From: an uncultured Alphaproteobacteria bacterium
GTDB lineage: Bacteria; Pseudomonadota; Alphaproteobacteria; ATCC43930; CGMCC-115725
Direction: 5' to 3'
Length of the DNA: 64,000 nt
Assembly (NCBI GenBank): GCA_963730745.1
Contig: CAVSTA010000025.1
Coordinates: 1-64,000 of the forward strand
Shown: piece after piece, positions 61,197 through 64,000 of the stretch
Layout of the letters: the number at the start of each line of letters is the position of its first letter
Numbering within the stretch: the first letter of the stretch is position 1
The notes under the pieces: model-generated
Database searches by the model: none
The model's input: only the letters and a program-made list of their open reading frames with translations
What the model was told of the DNA's origin: nothing
Made by a program: the position numbers and the translations under genes

Positions 61197-62730
61197 CTAT
61201 CGCCCGAGTAGGAGCGCGACGGCGATCCCGGCTAAAGCCAACGCTGTGATCCACACCGGCACTATTACGATTGCCAGATGCCGGGCACGATGTGCGGCCT
61301 GAATCGCCAAAGTTTCGGCGTGCATCACAATCCCTTCGCGCGACCAATCGGCAATCAGTGCATCGAGGCTTCGCACCAGCCGCGGGACGCGCTCGACAAG
61401 ATCGGCGATCGTCTCCAGTCCGAGCCGAACTCTTGCCTCGGGCCCGCGATTGTCGCGCATCCACTCCTCGATCAGCGGCCGCGCCAGAGCCCAGATGTTG
61501 ATCTCGGGATCGAGACGGCGCCCGACGCCCTCGATGACGACCATGGTTTTCTGCAGCAACAAAAGCTGCGGCTGGGTTTCCATGTCGAACTGCTCGGTGA
61601 TCTCGAAGAGCTGCGCGAGCAAGCGGGCGACCGAGATCTCCTGCAACGGTTTGCCGAGGATGGGTTCGCCGATCGACCGGCACGCTTGTGTGAAGGCGTC
61701 GATGGACCGGCTTGTCGGTACGTACCCCGCCGCGAAATGGACTTCCGCCACCCGGCGGTAATCTCCCGACAGAAAGCCGATCAGCATATCCGCCAGGTAG
61801 AAGCGGGTGTCGCGATCGAGCCGCCCCATGATGCCGAAATCGACGACGGCGATCGCGCCATCGGCATCGACGAACATGTTTCCGGGATGGAGATCGGCGT
61901 GGAAAAAGCCGTCGCGGAAGACCTGGTTGAAAAAGGCTGCGGCGGCTTTACGCAATAGATCTTCGATGCAATGCCCGGCAGCGAGCGAGCGCCGCCTTGT
62001 CGTCGATGCGGATCCCGGTTATCCGCTCGAGCGTCAAGACGGTTCGGCCGGTGCGCAGCCAATCGACCCGAGGCACATGGAAGTTCGGGTCCCCGGCGAA
62101 ATTCTCGGCGAGCTCCGCGGCCGCGGCAGCCTCCATTCGCAGGTCCATCTCGAACCTGACCACCTCGGCGAGCGTCTGCACCACCTCGACCGGCTTGAGC
62201 CGCCGCAGCGCGGGCTGCAGCCGCTCACCCAAACCGGCGAGCCACAGGAACAGGTCGAGGTCGCGGGCAAACGCAGCGGCGATACCGGGCCGCAGCACCT
62301 TGACGGCAACCTCGTGCCCGTCGGTGGTCCGAGCGAAATGGACCTGGGCGATAGAAGCGGCCGCTATCGCCCCCTCGTCAAATGATGCGAACAGATCGTC
62401 GAGTGGGCGGGCGAACTCGGCCTCGATCAGTGCCCGCGCCTCGGTGCCCGGGAAAGGCGGGAGCTGGTCCTGCAGGCCGGTGAGATCGGCAGTGATCTCT
62501 TCGCCGAGGAGATCGGCTCGGGTGGACAGGAGCTGGCCGAGCTTGATGAAGCTCGGCCCCAATTCTTCGAACGCGGCGGCGAGCCGCTGACCCGGCCGCG
62601 GCAAGACCCGGCCGCGGCGGCGTGCAAACAGATGACCAAACCGCACAAATGGCACTGCGGCAGGGACGGCCGTCAACGGCGACAGCGCATCGTGCCGGGC
62701 GAGGGTAAGGCAGATCCGGACCAGCCGCAC
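61197..62730 (-). CDS. ubiB: Ubiquinone biosynthesis protein kinase UbiB (ABC1 family), one frameshift near 61960; start uncertain
   Basis: LGPSFIKLGQLLSTRADL...AAASIAQVHFA...GHEVAVKVLRPGI...FFHADLHPGNMFV. Confidence 0.75.
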
Positions 62731-62776
62731 AAAATTGCGGACGCTGCGCAGAAGCCCGAATCTGGGTCGGAGCGGA

Positions 62777-63551
62777 TCAGAGGCGCCAGGCAGAATGGAG
62801 CGCAGCGACGCCCCCCGTCAGATTGCGGAATTTGACCTGGTCGAGACCCGCTCCGGCGATCATCTCGGCGAGCTCGCTCTGCCGCGGGAAACGCCGGATG
62901 CTTTCGACGAGATAGGCGTAGGCGTCGCGATCACCGGTGACGACCTGGCCCAGGAACGGGACGATCCGGAAGCTGTAGAGGTCGTAGAGCGGCTGAAGAA
63001 GCGGGGTTATTTCGGGCGTGAATTCGAGACACATAAAGCGTCCGCCCGGCTTTAGCACGCGGCGCGCCTCGGCGAGCGCCCGATCGATATGGGTGACATT
63101 GCGCAACCCGAACCCGACCGTATAGAGATCGACGCTGCGGTCGGCCACCGGAAGCCGTTCGGCATCGGCACACAACCATTCGATCCCGGCGAGAATTCCT
63201 TGATCGAGCGCCCGGGCGCGGCCGATCTCCAGCATCGCCGCGCTGGCGTCGCAGACGACGGCGCCGGCGTCCGTGGCCTCGCTCCGTCCCGAGAAGGCGC
63301 GGCAAGGCGCGCAGGGCGATGTCGCCGGTTCCGCCGGCGACATCGAGCAGACGTTGGCCCGGACGCGGCTTCAACGCGGCCACCATCTCGCTCTTCCACC
63401 AGCGGTGGATCCCGGCGCTCATCAAATCGTTCATCACGTCGTAGCGCACGGCAACGCTGTCGAAAATAGCGCGGACCAGCGGCGCCTTGTCGTGCTCCGG
63501 CACCCGGCGGAAGCCGAAATCGGTGCGAGCGCTTGTGTCTTCCTCACTCAT
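62777..63551 (-). CDS. ubiE: Ubiquinone/menaquinone C-methyltransferase UbiE (one frameshift near 63300)
   Basis: [42 protein letters not shown]...[12 protein letters not shown]... Confidence 0.75.
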
Positions 63552-63669
63552 CGGGCAGGAACATACATGTAGAGTGGCGTGCGCGCCACGGCGCGTAAAT
63601 CAAAGCTGGTCGGGACGCGATGTTCTGTTGCGGTCGATCGTGCAAGGAGCCGGGCCGCACGGATGCCCG

Positions 63670-64000
63670 AACTGCCTGAGGTTGAGACGGTCCGGCGCGG
63701 TCTCGCACTGAAGATGAGCGGCCGCCGCATTCTGCAGGCCGAGCTGCGCCGGCCGGATCTGCGGCGGCCGTTTCCGCCGGCCCTTGCCGCGCGGCTCGAC
63801 GGCGCACGTATCGGCGCGCTCGGCCGGCGTGGGAAGTACATCCTGATCGAGCTCGATTCGGACGGAGTGCTGCTGCTCCATCTCGGCATGTCCGGGCGGG
63901 TCACGGCGGGCACCGCCGCTCTGCCGGACGCACCGCACGACCATGTGGTATTGCGGCTCGACGACGGTACCGTCATTCGCTTCAATGATGCCCGCCGCTT
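63670..64000 (+). CDS. mutM: Formamidopyrimidine-DNA glycosylase, 5' part (continues beyond the window)
   Basis: MPELPEVETVRRGL...LGRRGKYILIEL. Confidence 0.8.

Overview
High-GC (~65-68%) alphaproteobacterial chromosomal window: a conserved core interrupted by several accessory, decayed regions. No rRNA, tRNA or CRISPR array was found. The core follows the usual alphaproteobacterial order (trpD-trpC-moaC-moeA at 31.6-35.1 kb; moeB-cysK-rrf2-dut-coaBC-ubiB-ubiE-mutM at 57.1-64 kb), alongside a paoABC-like periplasmic Mo-aldehyde oxidoreductase, a thiolase, a LigB-type extradiol dioxygenase, a dihydropyrimidinase-like amidohydrolase, two class III nucleotidyl cyclases and several SMP-30 lactonase paralogs. 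At least eight type II toxin-antitoxin modules occur in the window, several of them decayed. Other accessory content:
- 0.1-7.8 kb: ParDE, DUF433/DUF5615, vapBC, prfC and macro-domain remnants, a serine-recombinase stub and a ~1 kb AT-rich islet.
- 21.4-23.2 kb: a DyP peroxidase carrying an encapsulin targeting peptide that reads in-frame into the encapsulin shell gene.
- 23.3-30.9 kb (main find): an accretion-like array of partial copies of the gabD 3' end, downstream of one intact gabD. The copies are interleaved with small cargo cassettes (mazEF, phd-vapC, antitoxin-parE, a RusA plus PD-(D/E)xK/HEPN-like pair, a small secreted ORF) and a MITE-like insertion.
- 51.1-53.8 kb: a pseudogene-rich stretch.
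A ~110 bp conserved motif (ccataatcgcat ... ttgaaggagttg..gATGcctgatctcgacctgataaaacagg) occurs three times at gene-fragment junctions. Two intergenic REP hairpin families are present (VIPAKAGI-type, PLSRSAGEG-type). Single frameshifts in many well-conserved core genes suggest indel errors in the assembly, so individual pseudogene calls need read-level checking.
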